This document shows positions 40,068 through 50,290 of a stretch of DNA of 64,000 nt, one piece after another (position 1 is the stretch's first letter; each line of letters starts with the position of its first letter). The stretch lies in assembly GCA_965214405.1 (NCBI GenBank), contig OZ243956.1:768001-832000 (forward strand), given 5' to 3'. This DNA comes from Trueperaceae bacterium. Lineage in GTDB: Bacteria > Deinococcota > Deinococci > Deinococcales > Trueperaceae. A model generated the notes under the pieces. That model ran no database searches. It had not been told where the DNA came from and worked only from the letters and a program-made list of their open reading frames with translations. A program made the translations under genes and the position numbers.

Positions 40068-41780
40068 ATCGACAAAGTTCACGGTAAAACCAACTCGTTC
40101 AAGAGCAGCCAGGTCAAGAGGCTGAGCAACTTATATCGCCGCAAGCTAGCGCCTGAGATGCCGGTGAGTTTAGAGCTTGCCAGGGCGATGGGTGAGCTGT
40201 CCTTAGAGCTCAACAAGCCCGTGTCGCTGCTCGTCGACCGCCGGGGCCGCGTCGTGAGCGTGGCCGTGGGAGACGCGCAGGACACGCCGCTGCCGCCCTC
40301 CTCGGGTGAGGCGGGGCGCTTGTTTGGCCTCAGGCTCGTTCACACGCACCTTAAAGGAGGGGGGCTCTCGAGCGGCGACCTGTCGACTTTATTTCTCAAC
40401 CGCTTGGACGCCGTTGTCGCGGTAGACGTGCAACATAACGCGCAGGGCCGGGTCGAGGTCGGGGACGTTCACTTGGCGCAAATCGCGCCGCCGACCGCCT
40501 CGGAAGAGGACTGGATTGTCGAGCCGCCCGCAACTATCCGCGAGGCGGAAGAGGTCGATATGCTGGGGCGCATCCGCGCGCTAGAAGAAGAACTTGCCCG
40601 CTCGGCGAGTGCCCGCGAGGTTTTGAAGAGTTCAACGGAGCGCGCGGTCATCATCGGCCTCGACACGGGCGAGGGAAGTTTCGAGAGCGAGGCGCGGTTG
40701 GAAGAACTCGCCGAACTCGCGCGCAGCGCGGGCGCGACCGTCGCGTACCGCAGTATGCAGCAGCGTCCCGCCCCCGACCCGCGCACGCTGATAGGCCGGG
40801 GCAAGCTCCAGGAACTCGTTTCCAAGGCTTATCACGAAGACGCCGACCTGCTCCTCTTCGACCGCGAACTCAACCCCGCGCAGGCGCGCGAAATCGGGGC
40901 GGAAACGAAGCTCAAGGTTTTGGACCGCACACAGCTCATTCTGGATATCTTCGCCCAAAACGCGCGGGGGCGCGAGGCGCAGGTGCAAGTTGAGCTGGCG
41001 CAACTCCAGTATCAGCTCACCCGCCTTGCGGGGCGCGGCGCGGCGATGAGCCGTTTGGGCGGGGGCATCGGCACGCGGGGTCCCGGTGAGACGAAGCTCG
41101 AGGTCGACCGCCGCCGCATCCGCGACCGCATCACCGCGCTAGAAGCCGCGGTGGACGAGATCTCGGGTCGCCGCGCCCAGACGCGCAAGAGCCGCACCAA
41201 CGCCGACACGCCGGTCATCGCGCTGGTGGGCTACACCAACGCGGGCAAGTCCACGCTCTTTAACGCGCTTGCCAAGGCCGATGTGGAGAGCAAAAACAAG
41301 CTCTTCGCCACCTTGCGCCCGACCACCCGCGAGGGTTGGCTGCCCGCGCTGCGCGACTGGGGGGCCAAGGTTTTGTACACCGACACGGTGGGCTTTATAC
41401 GCGACCTGCCCGGTGAGCTTGTGAATGCGTTTAGAGCGACGTTGGAAGAACTTCACGACGCCGACCTGCTCCTCCACGTCGTCGACGGCGCAAGCCCCGG
41501 CGCGCCCGACCGGGTGGCGGCGGTGGAGCGGATTTTGGACGAGCTCAAGCTCGAGGTCCCGCGCTCCGTCGTCCTCAACAAGGGCGACCTGGCCGACGCG
41601 GGCGTCCTCAAGGGCCTACGCGACCGCTACGACGCGCTCGCCGTGTCCGCGGTCACGGGCGAGGGTTTAGACGACCTCAAGGCGCTCCTGGCGCGGACGC
41701 TCGAGGGTCCCGACCACGTGCCCCTGCCCAGCGACGAAGGGGCCGCCTACGGCGTGGTCTCCCCCGCTTCGTATGATTGA
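40068..41780 (+). CDS. hflX: GTPase HflX (long form), probable ATC start codon
   Basis: LRLVHTH, GIGTRGPGETKLE, GYTNAGKS, DTVGF, NKGD; N-terminal IDKVHGKT...LSNLYRRK follows a GGAGGAG RBS. Confidence 0.95.
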   Translation: MDKVHGKTNSFKSSQVKRLSNLYRRKLAPEMPVSLELARAMGELSLELNKPVSLLVDRRGRVVSVAVGDAQDTPLPPSSGEAGRLFGLRLVHTHLKGGGLSSGDLSTLFLNRLDAVVAVDVQHNAQGRVEVGDVHLAQIAPPTASEEDWIVEPPATIREAEEVDMLGRIRALEEELARSASAREVLKSSTERAVIIGLDTGEGSFESEARLEELAELARSAGATVAYRSMQQRPAPDPRTLIGRGKLQELVSKAYHEDADLLLFDRELNPAQAREIGAETKLKVLDRTQLILDIFAQNARGREAQVQVELAQLQYQLTRLAGRGAAMSRLGGGIGTRGPGETKLEVDRRRIRDRITALEAAVDEISGRRAQTRKSRTNADTPVIALVGYTNAGKSTLFNALAKADVESKNKLFATLRPTTREGWLPALRDWGAKVLYTDTVGFIRDLPGELVNAFRATLEELHDADLLLHVVDGASPGAPDRVAAVERILDELKLEVPRSVVLNKGDLADAGVLKGLRDRYDALAVSAVTGEGLDDLKALLARTLEGPDHVPLPSDEGAAYGVVSPASYD

Positions 41781-41843
41781 TTTGAGACTAACGTGAAGTA
41801 GAACTGTTTTTTAGGCTTACTCAAGGGTAACGAGTGTTTCTTC

Positions 41844-41880
41844 AAACCCCCTCGCACTGACGCCGTGCGAGGGGGTTTTT
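41844..41880 (+). terminator. Intrinsic terminator after hflX
   Basis: AAACCCCCTCGCAC-7nt-GTGCGAGGGGGTTT followed by TT. Confidence 0.85.
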
Positions 41881-42075
41881 ACTGCTGTAAAAAGGTTATA
41901 GAAAGGTGGCGGGCGCTCGAGCAAACGTCCACAACCATGTCGATTCCGTCACACTTCTCTGTTTTTCCGAACCTGAAAGGCATTTGTAACAGATTTATAA
42001 GCGTGGCTGCTTTACCCTCTCCTAAGCTAAGTTCACGTCTCGCTTCAGTTCAAACTTTGGTCCAAAGGGGAATGT

Positions 42076-42993
42076 ATGTCAACTCAACCGCGCCACCTAC
42101 CGCACGACGTTGCAGCCGAGGACGGCCTCTTCCAAAACGTTCTGGACTCACTCACCGAACAAATGGCGGTGCTGGACGCAGACGGCACCATTGTGTTCGT
42201 CAACGAGGCGTGGCGGCGCTTCGGCTCTCCGAGCGGCGCACCCGCCGACGGCTACCTGGGCGTGAACTACATAGAGATGTGCGGATCGGCGCAAGACGAG
42301 AGCGACCCCGACGCACGGGAGAACTGCGAGGGCGTCGAGAGGGTGCTGAGGGGCCAGGGCGAAACGTTTTGCCGCGACTACCTTTGTGACACGCCCGAGG
42401 GCGTGAGATGGTTCGAGATGATTGTCAAGCCCCTGGAGAAAACGGGCGGGGCCGTTATCGTGCGCGCCGACGTGACCGCGCGCAAAAAGGGCGAGCGGGA
42501 AGTTGCGTACTTGGCGCATCACGACATGCTCACGGGCGCGGACAATTGGCAGCATTTTTACGCGCGCGCGACTCACATCCTCGCCGAGGCGGACGCAGAG
42601 ATGGACGCCCTGTCGCTCTTTTACTTCGACTTAGACGGCTTTAGAGGAGTCAACGACGCATACGGTTACGCCGCCGGAGACGAACTGCTTAGGGCCGTGG
42701 TGTCCCGGCTGCGCGCGCAGTCGCGGGGCTGCGACCTCCTGGCGCGCTTTGGCGGCGACGAATTCGTGATGCTCATGAGGGGCGTGACGCAAGCGCAGGG
42801 CGAGAGCATCGCCCAGAGGCTCCGCGAGGGGCTCGAGGAGTCCTTCTTCGTGAGCGGCCAACTCGTAAGCGTCCGCAGTTCCTGCGGCGCCGCCGCCTAC
42901 CCCCGCCACGGCGCGACCGTCGACGCGCTTCTTACTCACGCCGAGCACGCCATGCTCGAGATGAAACGCCGGGTGAACGCGGCTTCGGCGTGA
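42076..42993 (+). CDS. PAS-GGDEF diguanylate cyclase
   Basis: AVLDADGTIVFVNEAW PAS; DLDGFRGVNDAYG, ARFGGDEF. Confidence 0.9.
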   Translation: MSTQPRHLPHDVAAEDGLFQNVLDSLTEQMAVLDADGTIVFVNEAWRRFGSPSGAPADGYLGVNYIEMCGSAQDESDPDARENCEGVERVLRGQGETFCRDYLCDTPEGVRWFEMIVKPLEKTGGAVIVRADVTARKKGEREVAYLAHHDMLTGADNWQHFYARATHILAEADAEMDALSLFYFDLDGFRGVNDAYGYAAGDELLRAVVSRLRAQSRGCDLLARFGGDEFVMLMRGVTQAQGESIAQRLREGLEESFFVSGQLVSVRSSCGAAAYPRHGATVDALLTHAEHAMLEMKRRVNAASA

Positions 42994-43129
42994 CGGGGGT
43001 GACAGCGTAAACGTCCAGTCTTTTATCGTTAAAATTTTTTCCTTAGCGTGTTGAGGAGAAACTTAGGCGCAAGCTCCTCGAGCGAGCGTGGGCCAGAAAC
43101 CTTTTAGGCGGAAGCTGGCGTAAAATTAA

Positions 43130-43875
43130 ATGATGGAAACGCTCAACGAACTGGTAGGGCGCTTGCAGCGGCACCCCCATGTTGTCGGGCGGGTGGAGTA
43201 CGGCAGCCGCGCCTATACTGATACGGCCAGCAAAGGTGACTACGACCTCCTCGCGCTGTTTAGTGACGACCGGCCCCGCGTCGAGAGCCTTCATTTTTAC
43301 GTGGGTGGCCTGCCTATCGACCCCAACCTGCGCTATTTGGAGGATTGGCAAACAGGCCGACTGCAAAGTTCTTTCGACCGTGTATTCGTTCAGGGGCGGC
43401 TCATGTATGAGGCCACAGCCGCTGTTGCGGTCGTCCTCGAGCGCCTCCGCAGAGCCCGCGCCCGACCTGTCCGAACAAGCCCTCGCCTCGCTACGGTCAA
43501 AAACATGTGTTCGACAAAATAGCCGGACGCCACGAGACGCAGCCCGCGCTGTCTCGCTTTCTCTTGTACAGCAACCTCTACTGGCTCGTGCAGCACTATT
43601 TCTCGGTGCGGCGGTTGCCCTACGAGGGCGAAAAAGCCGCTTTCGCGCGTTTTGAGACGCACGAGCCCCGCGTCCTCCACCTGTTGGGAGAGGTTTACAT
43701 GGAGCGTGATTTGCAGCGACGAATCACGTTGGCGCGTGAACTGAACGACCTCGTTCTTTCTCCCGCCGGGGGGCTATGGCAAAACGGGGAAGTGCTGGCG
43801 TTCGGCACAGAGGCGCGTGTCGATTTACAGCGCGCTGGACGAGCGGAATTTGCTTACTTGTCCGGTGAATCCTGA
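43130..43875 (+). pseudogene. Nucleotidyltransferase-domain protein broken by two frameshifts
   Basis: YGSRA...DYDL NTase motif; coding continues across three frames near 43445 and 43500. Confidence 0.65.
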
Positions 43876-44061
43876 GCATTCGCTTGGGTTAGGCGCAAGA
43901 GAACCGGCTTTCCAAACCACCGGCCCCGCCACGCTTTCCTTCACCTTCTTGTTACGCTGAGACCCCGGTAAGACGCTCCAGTGTCTATACTCCGGTGGTG
44001 ACCCGTCCCGGCGAGTTTTATCGTACGGCTTGAGTAGAAAAGACGAAGCCACGTTTGCGGC

Positions 44062-44790
44062 GTGCGCGCTTTAAGAAACAGTGAGGGTCAGATATTTATC
44101 TCGGAGGTTTTGGCGCAAGACGTCGTCAGGTTTTACCCAAAGGGTGACAGCGTCCTTTTCAGCACGTCGGAGGGCGGCTTGTATAGCCTCGAGCTTACCT
44201 CACTCACGAGCAGGCTCGTTCATCCTTTTACCGAACCCGCGGAGATTGTTTGGGCGGACGCCGACCACGCCCTCGTCACGACTAGAGAGGACGGCCTCTG
44301 GTTCTACGTGACCCTGGCAACGGGTGAGCCGCTTACGCTCGGCGCGCTTGACGGCGCCTACCTTGTTGCCAGACTTAGCGCTGAGAGTGACGCGGCTTTA
44401 TTCAGCGATACCCTCGTTGTCGGCGACCCGCACACCTTTTGGGGGCTCGAGCTGAGGACGGGAAAGGTCACCAGGATAGGCGACTTTCCCAACGGCTCGA
44501 CCCGCCCAGGCGAAAGCGGCGGGGTTTTCTTAAGCGTTTTCGACCGCGCCGACCTCAGCGCAAAGCTTTACAGGCTGGACGCTCACGGCGCAACACCCTT
44601 GTTTAGAGCCCTGGGTGTAGGGGCCGCGCTCTCACCCGACGGACGTTTCGTGGCGGTGGACGCGCGTATGGGCCGTCCCGACCTCCGCGAACGCGAAGGT
44701 TTGACGCTCCTGCTGGACGCGGACGGCACCCTCATGAGAGAACTCGGGCAGGGCGGGTACGGCGTGCTCTGGCTGTCGGAGCCCGAGTAG
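44062..44790 (+). CDS. Hypothetical beta-propeller-like protein, probably 5'-truncated
   Basis: 242-aa ORF with ALSPDGRFVAV TolB/WD40-like motif; no RBS. Confidence 0.5.
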   Translation: MRALRNSEGQIFISEVLAQDVVRFYPKGDSVLFSTSEGGLYSLELTSLTSRLVHPFTEPAEIVWADADHALVTTREDGLWFYVTLATGEPLTLGALDGAYLVARLSAESDAALFSDTLVVGDPHTFWGLELRTGKVTRIGDFPNGSTRPGESGGVFLSVFDRADLSAKLYRLDAHGATPLFRALGVGAALSPDGRFVAVDARMGRPDLREREGLTLLLDADGTLMRELGQGGYGVLWLSEPE

Positions 44791-44810
44791 TGGCAGTCGT
44801 GCTCGCGCTC

Positions 44811-44846
44811 GTCTTTGTCTTTGTCTTTGTCTTTGTCTTTGTCTTT
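44811..44846. repeat. Hexanucleotide microsatellite (GTCTTT)6
   Basis: Six perfect copies. Confidence 0.95.
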
Positions 44847-44849
44847 ATC

Positions 44850-45227
44850 GTCGTCGTTTTTGCGCCGAGTCGGCGCGTAAAAGGGCGTCTCCAGCTCGAG
44901 CCCCAGCACGGCGTTGACCGCGGCCAGCCAGAGGCGGCTCACGGGTTTGTCCTCCAGATTGGACAGCACCGCGACGCCGAGACCGCGCTCGGGCACAAAA
45001 CCGAGGTGGCTCGAGACCCCTTTCAGGCCGCCACCGTGCCGAATCAGCGTGACGCCGTGATGGTCAGGTTGAACCGTGAGGCCGTAGGCGGTGCGGGGCG
45101 CGCACCACGCGCGCGGCTGGGAGCGGTAGGAAAGCGGTCGGCTCGAGCAGAAACGTGAGATAACGCCCGAGGTCGTTCGCCGACGCTTTCAAAATCCCCG
45201 TCGCTAAGTGCGCGGGCGCGTCCTCCC
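44850..45227 (-). pseudogene. C-terminal remnant of a beta-lactamase-family serine hydrolase
   Basis: ATGILKASANDLGRYL...YGLTV...IRHGGGLKGVSS...GVAVLSN with an internal frameshift. Confidence 0.7.
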
Positions 45228-45450
45228 GACTTCCGAGCGCATGAGCCGCGCCTCGCTCGGCCAGCCAATAAGCCCCAGCGCGACGAAGATGGTGGTCGCG
45301 CTCGAGTCGAAAATCGCCACCACCGCAATCAGAAAGAGCCGCCCCGGAATGGCAAAAGACACATCCGTCACGCGCGTTACTAGGTTGTCGAGCCAGTCGC
45401 CAAAACAGCCCGCCGCGCTCCCCAGCGTGATGCCGATAAGGAGCGCGTTT
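45228..45450 (-). pseudogene. Internal fragment of a DppC/OppC-type peptide ABC permease
   Basis: IGITLGSAAGCFGDWLDNLVTRVTDVSFAIP...GWPSEARLMRSEV; no start codon and no C-terminus. Confidence 0.75.
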
Positions 45451-46444
45451 ACGCGCCGTCCGCCGGGTACCTAAGCCCAATCTGTTGCCGGACCTCGTCC
45501 AGCGTCCGCATGATCTGGAGGGTTTCGTCTAGGGGCATGAGGGGGCTCTCGAGCGCGCCCTCGCGTATACAGCGCATGACCTCGGCGGCTTCATAGTTGT
45601 AGCCGTTGCCCTCAAACGGCACTTCGATATCCTCAGATGACCAGTCGGGGCGGATGAGTTTCATTTTTGAGGGTGTCCACCAGGGCCTGTGGACACGCAG
45701 CATGGCTTTGGTGCCCATGATGGTGGCTTCCCACGGGGTCTGGGTGCGCACCGCGGTGGTGCAAACCGCCAATGCGCCGCTCGGGTAGGAGAGGATGACC
45801 GCGGTGTTGTCGTCCACGCCGGTCTCGCCCAAGTGCGCATGGGCCGAAACGCTCTCGGGCGCGCCAAGCAGCATCGACGCCAGAGAGACGGGGTAGATAC
45901 CCACGTCGAGCAACGCGCCGCCGCCCTGGTGGAGGTCGAAAAGCCAATAGTCGGGATCAACCTCTGCGCGGTACCCGAAGTCCGCGTGGACCTGCCGCAC
46001 CTCGCCGAGCGTCCCCTCGCTAATGAGCGCGCGGACCCGGTCCATGAGCGGAAAGTAGCGCGTCCACATCGCTTCCATGAGAAAAAGACCGCGAGAGCGC
46101 GCTTCTTGGACCATCCTTTCGGCCTGCGCCGCGTTGACCGCAAAAGGCTTCTCGCAGAGCACCGCCTTGCCCCCCTCCAAACAGAGCAGGCTGTTGTCCA
46201 TGTGAGAGCCGTGCGGCGTGGCGACGTAGACCGCGTCGACGTCGCTGTCTGCCGCTAAGTCTGCGTACGACGCGTGACGGCGCGGCACCCCGAACTCCTC
46301 GCCGAACGCGTCGGCGGACGCCTGCGAGCGCGACCCCACCGCGACGAGTTCGGCGTCGGGTAGAACCCTTAACCCTCTCGCAAACTGCTTGGCGATGTTG
46401 CCCGTGCCGATAATGCCCCAGCGGATGTTTGTCATCTGCGTCAT
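45449..46444 (-). CDS. Gfo/Idh/MocA family oxidoreductase
   Basis: WGIIGTGNIA, LCEKPF, MEAMWTR, GGALLDVGIY; AAGGAGG RBS before ATG 46444. Confidence 0.93.
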   Translation of the reverse strand: MTQMTNIRWGIIGTGNIAKQFARGLRVLPDAELVAVGSRSQASADAFGEEFGVPRRHASYADLAADSDVDAVYVATPHGSHMDNSLLCLEGGKAVLCEKPFAVNAAQAERMVQEARSRGLFLMEAMWTRYFPLMDRVRALISEGTLGEVRQVHADFGYRAEVDPDYWLFDLHQGGGALLDVGIYPVSLASMLLGAPESVSAHAHLGETGVDDNTAVILSYPSGALAVCTTAVRTQTPWEATIMGTKAMLRVHRPWWTPSKMKLIRPDWSSEDIEVPFEGNGYNYEAAEVMRCIREGALESPLMPLDETLQIMRTLDEVRQQIGLRYPADGA

Positions 46445-46627
46445 GGTTGCGCCTCCTTGACTGCCCCTGTGCTGCTCGTGACCCCATGGGCTTGGGCCGC
46501 GGCTGGGCGTCAGTATCAGTAAAACTGTGACCAACACTTTACAATACGCCGGGCGCAAAAGAATATACTTGGATCAATGTACAACTTGTTACCGCATGTT
46601 TTATGGGGGCACACGAAACATGCCTTA

Positions 46628-46685
46628 TGACGACACAGTTGACGACATGGTTGACGACATGGTTGACGACACAGTTGACGACGAC
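46628..46685. repeat. 12-bp tandem repeat TGACGACA(C/T)(A/G)GT, 4 copies plus a partial copy
   Basis: Units start at 46628, 46640, 46652, 46664 and 46676. Confidence 0.9.
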
Positions 46686-46697
46686 AAGGGGGAAACG

Positions 46698-47234
46698 ATG
46701 CACCTGACCGCACCTCACGCGCTCACTCGTCCGACTACGCATAAAGACGCAGGGCTTGTTCACGCGATCTACAGCCGCACACCCAAGTATTTTGATATTA
46801 TCTCGATCCCCGTGCCGACCTTGGCCGAGGTCGAGCGAGAGCTCGAGGCCGCCGCAGGCGACGCCAGGCGCTGCACGGAACTCATCTTAGCGACAGACGA
46901 AGCTTCCACCGAAAGCCAAAACGAACATGTCGCCCCGCTCGACCCTGTGAGCGGCCTCTACGTGGTGGGCTACCTCGACTACAAACTCGATTACCCTGAC
47001 CCCGGCGACGCGATGGTTAACCTGCTGATGATTGCCGCGCCCTCTCAGGGCCGTGGTTACGGCAAACGCTGCGTGGCGGACCTAGAAACCCGCCTTTCAA
47101 ACCGTGCCAAACGCGTGCTGGCGAGCATTTACGGCCAAAACCCCAGGGCTATCCGCTTTTGGGAGGGCATCGGTTACCACTTCGCCATCGACGCCAAACC
47201 CGTGCTCGACTGGTACGCAAAGGAGCTCGGTTAA
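46698..47234 (+). CDS. GNAT family N-acetyltransferase
   Basis: QGRGYG acetyl-CoA motif, NPRAIRFWEGIGY; start 46698 (alternative 46620). Confidence 0.85.
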   Translation: MHLTAPHALTRPTTHKDAGLVHAIYSRTPKYFDIISIPVPTLAEVERELEAAAGDARRCTELILATDEASTESQNEHVAPLDPVSGLYVVGYLDYKLDYPDPGDAMVNLLMIAAPSQGRGYGKRCVADLETRLSNRAKRVLASIYGQNPRAIRFWEGIGYHFAIDAKPVLDWYAKELG

Positions 47235-47292
47235 AGAAACGCGTGTTCGTTTGTCACAGCAGATTTGACACAGCAGATAAGGGAGGTTCTGT

Positions 47293-50190
47293 CTAGGCGG
47301 CGGCTTTTTCTTTGCGCGCCCGCCCGTAGGCCATCCGCAGCTTGAACATCCCCCGCTTGTGCGCCGCCCGCACCTCCTCCTCGCTCATGCCCAGCGCGTC
47401 GGCGATGTCGGCGATGTCTTGCTCGGAGGTGTTATTCATGCCCTCGAGCCTCGTCACCACATTGGCGACATCTTGGTCAAGTTCGGTCAAGAAGGGCTCT
47501 AAATCCTTGGGCGTCGCCTTGGGAGCGGCTTTATTTGATTTGGACTTAGCTTTGGTTTTCGCTTTGGGCTTGGCTTTCGCCTTACTCTTTGCTTTTGTTT
47601 TACCCACGCTTTTCCCCGTCACCCCCTCGCGGGCGGCAAGGAGGTCCAGGGCCTGCTCGAGCGTAACCGTCTCAACCTCTTGACCCTGAGCCAAAGACGC
47701 ATTGGTCTTGCCGTGCTTGACGTACGGGCCATAACGCCCGTCGCGCACCTCGACGGGGTCGCCCGTCTCTGGATGCTCACCCAAAACGCGCAGGGGCTTG
47801 TTTTTGAAGTCTTTTTTGTTGATGAGTTCTAACGCGCGTGGCAACTCAACCGTCAGCACGTCGTCTTCTTTGGGCAGTGAGGCAAAAGTGCTGCCGTGTT
47901 TGACATACGGCCCAAAGCGGCCAATCGCGGCCTGAACGCTCTTACCCGTTTCGGGGTGTTTGCCTAACCCGCGCGGGAGCGAGAGCAGGCCCACCGCCAT
48001 CTTGTAATCCACCGCGCTCGGCTCGACGCCCTTAGGCAGCGACACGCGTTTAGGCTTGCCGTCCCCGCCCTCGCCGAGTTGTAAGTAGGGGCCGTAGGGA
48101 CCGCTTTTTAGGAGCATCGGCTCGCCCGTGTCGGGGTGCGAACCCAGCCCCTCATCCTCGGCGTTGCCGCGCTCAATCAACGCTTCAAGCGTTTCCTTGG
48201 TCACGTCGGCGGGGGCGACGTCGTTGGGGATGGAGGCGGTCACGCGCTCGCCGTCCCTTTCGCCCTCGACGTAGGGGCCGTAGCGCCCGACGCGCACGAC
48301 GTAGTCGCCCCACTTGGGCGCGTGAATCGTTGAGATGGCTCGAGCGTCGATGGTCTCGAGCCCCGTCTCGACCTGCGCCTCAATCCCTTCTTTGCCCCGG
48401 AAAAAAGCGTCCAGGTACGGCGTCCGCCGCACCTCACCCGCGGCGATATCGTCCAGCACGCCTTCCATGCTGGCGGTGAAGTTGGTATCTACGAGATTTT
48501 GGAACTGCTGCTCGAGCAGATTATTCGTCGCAAAAGCCGTGAATGTCGGCACGAGCGCGCTCCCCGCCTTGCGCGCGTAGCCGCGCCGGACGACCGTGTC
48601 GATGATGCTCGCGTAGGTGCTCGGGCGTCCGATGCCCTCGCTTTCTAAAAGCTTGACCAGCGACGCCTCGGTGTAGCGGGCGGGGGGCTTGGTTTCGTGG
48701 CCCAGGGCCTCAAGCGTCCGGCAGTCCACCACGTCGCCCTCCTTGAGGTCGGGCAAGGGCTGCTCGCGGTCTTCCAAGGCCGCGTCGGGATCGTCTGAGC
48801 CTTCAACGTAGGCGCGGAAAAAGCCGGGGAACAAGGTGGTGCGGCCCGTGGCGCGAAAGACCGAGGCGTCGTCGCCGGTGCCTGCCTCGAGCTTAACGTT
48901 CACAAAAAGCAGCCGCGCGTCGGCCATCTGCGTGGCGACGGTGCGCTTCCAGATGAGGTCGTAAAGCCGCCCGTCAATCCCGGTCAGCCCGTGCTCCTCG
49001 GTCGTCTTCATCGCCTTGCCCGCGGGCCGGATGGCCTCGTGCGCCTCTTGCGCGTTGCGCGCCTTTTTGCTGTACTGGCGCGGTTTGGGACTCAGGTACT
49101 CCTCCCCATACCGCGTCCGCACCGCGCGGCGCACGCCGTCAACAGCCTCTTGCGACAAGTTAGTCGAGTCGGTCCGCATATAGGTGATGTAGCCGTTTTC
49201 GTACAAACCTTGCGCGACGCGCATCGTGTCTTTGGCAGACAAGTTGAGCTTGCGGCTCGACTCTTGTTGCAGCGTGGAGGTCGTAAAGGGCGCGGCGGGC
49301 GAACGTTTGGCGGGCCGCTCCTCAACGCTGGTGACGCGCCACGTTTCTTTAGGCAAGGTGTCAGCGAGGGCGTGGGCGCGCTTCTCTGACAAAAGCAACA
49401 CGTCTTTACCTGCTTCCAAGCCCTCCTTGAGCCGCCCCGTCTCGTCGTCGAAGTCGCGGCCCGTCGCCAGGCGGACGCCGCCGAGATGCGTCATCGTAGC
49501 CTCAAAGGGCTTGCGGGTCTTCTCGAGCCCAGCTTTCAAGTCCCAATAGCTCGCGGGCACGAACGCCAGCCGCTCGCGCTCGCGCAAAACGGTAAGCCGC
49601 ACCGCCACGCTCTGCACGCGCCCCGCGGAGAGCTTAGGCGCGATCTTTTTCCATAACAGCGGCGAGATGGTGTAGCCCACAAGCCGGTCCAGCACCCGCC
49701 GCGTCTCCTGCGCGTCCACCAAGTGCTCGTCAATCGTGCGCGTCTCTTCCAACGCCCGCAGAATCGCTTCTTCGGTAATCTCGTGAAAGACCATACGCCG
49801 CACCGGGATGTTGGGCTTAAGAAGCTCGACCAAGTGCCAGCCGATAGACTCGCCCTCGCGGTCCTCGTCGGTGGCGATAAAAAGCTCGTCGGCCTCTTTG
49901 AGCGCTTTTCTAAGTTCGCTCACAATCTTTTTCTTCTTTGAGGGAATGATGTAAAGCGGCTCGTAGCCGTCGTCCAACCTGACGCCCAGCCGCGCCCAGG
50001 GCTCGCCCTTGTACGCGTCGGGAATCTCGGCGGCGGAGGCGGGCAGGTCGCGCACGTGTCCCATGCTGGCCTCGATACGGTAGCCCGTCCGGGGCAAGAA
50101 TTTGCGAATCGTTTTCGCTTTGGTCGGCGATTCGACGATGACCAACCGCCTCGGTTGCGCATTTCGCCCGCCTGTAGCAGCCTTACTCAA
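47293..50190 (-). CDS. topA: Type I DNA topoisomerase with Toprim C-terminal repeats, Lys-rich linker and terminal HTH
   Basis: [31 protein letters not shown], four GRYGPY-type repeats; TTG start. Confidence 0.97.
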   Translation of the reverse strand: MSKAATGGRNAQPRRLVIVESPTKAKTIRKFLPRTGYRIEASMGHVRDLPASAAEIPDAYKGEPWARLGVRLDDGYEPLYIIPSKKKKIVSELRKALKEADELFIATDEDREGESIGWHLVELLKPNIPVRRMVFHEITEEAILRALEETRTIDEHLVDAQETRRVLDRLVGYTISPLLWKKIAPKLSAGRVQSVAVRLTVLRERERLAFVPASYWDLKAGLEKTRKPFEATMTHLGGVRLATGRDFDDETGRLKEGLEAGKDVLLLSEKRAHALADTLPKETWRVTSVEERPAKRSPAAPFTTSTLQQESSRKLNLSAKDTMRVAQGLYENGYITYMRTDSTNLSQEAVDGVRRAVRTRYGEEYLSPKPRQYSKKARNAQEAHEAIRPAGKAMKTTEEHGLTGIDGRLYDLIWKRTVATQMADARLLFVNVKLEAGTGDDASVFRATGRTTLFPGFFRAYVEGSDDPDAALEDREQPLPDLKEGDVVDCRTLEALGHETKPPARYTEASLVKLLESEGIGRPSTYASIIDTVVRRGYARKAGSALVPTFTAFATNNLLEQQFQNLVDTNFTASMEGVLDDIAAGEVRRTPYLDAFFRGKEGIEAQVETGLETIDARAISTIHAPKWGDYVVRVGRYGPYVEGERDGERVTASIPNDVAPADVTKETLEALIERGNAEDEGLGSHPDTGEPMLLKSGPYGPYLQLGEGGDGKPKRVSLPKGVEPSAVDYKMAVGLLSLPRGLGKHPETGKSVQAAIGRFGPYVKHGSTFASLPKEDDVLTVELPRALELINKKDFKNKPLRVLGEHPETGDPVEVRDGRYGPYVKHGKTNASLAQGQEVETVTLEQALDLLAAREGVTGKSVGKTKAKSKAKAKPKAKTKAKSKSNKAAPKATPKDLEPFLTELDQDVANVVTRLEGMNNTSEQDIADIADALGMSEEEVRAAHKRGMFKLRMAYGRARKEKAAA

Positions 50191-50290
50191 AAAAACCTCC
50201 CATAACGGAGGCTATTATAAAAGTGAGGCGGAATCTGTCAAGACAATATCTTACAGTGGTGGCCTGAATGTTTTCGGGTTACTACCGCTG

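Noticed and set aside
44790..45158. Plus-strand ORF with FVFVFV 'membrane' segment
   Set aside because: Produced by the (GTCTTT)6 microsatellite and antisense to the serine-hydrolase remnant
46628..46685. Possible CRISPR array
   Set aside because: Contiguous 12-bp units with no spacers, and no cas genes in the window
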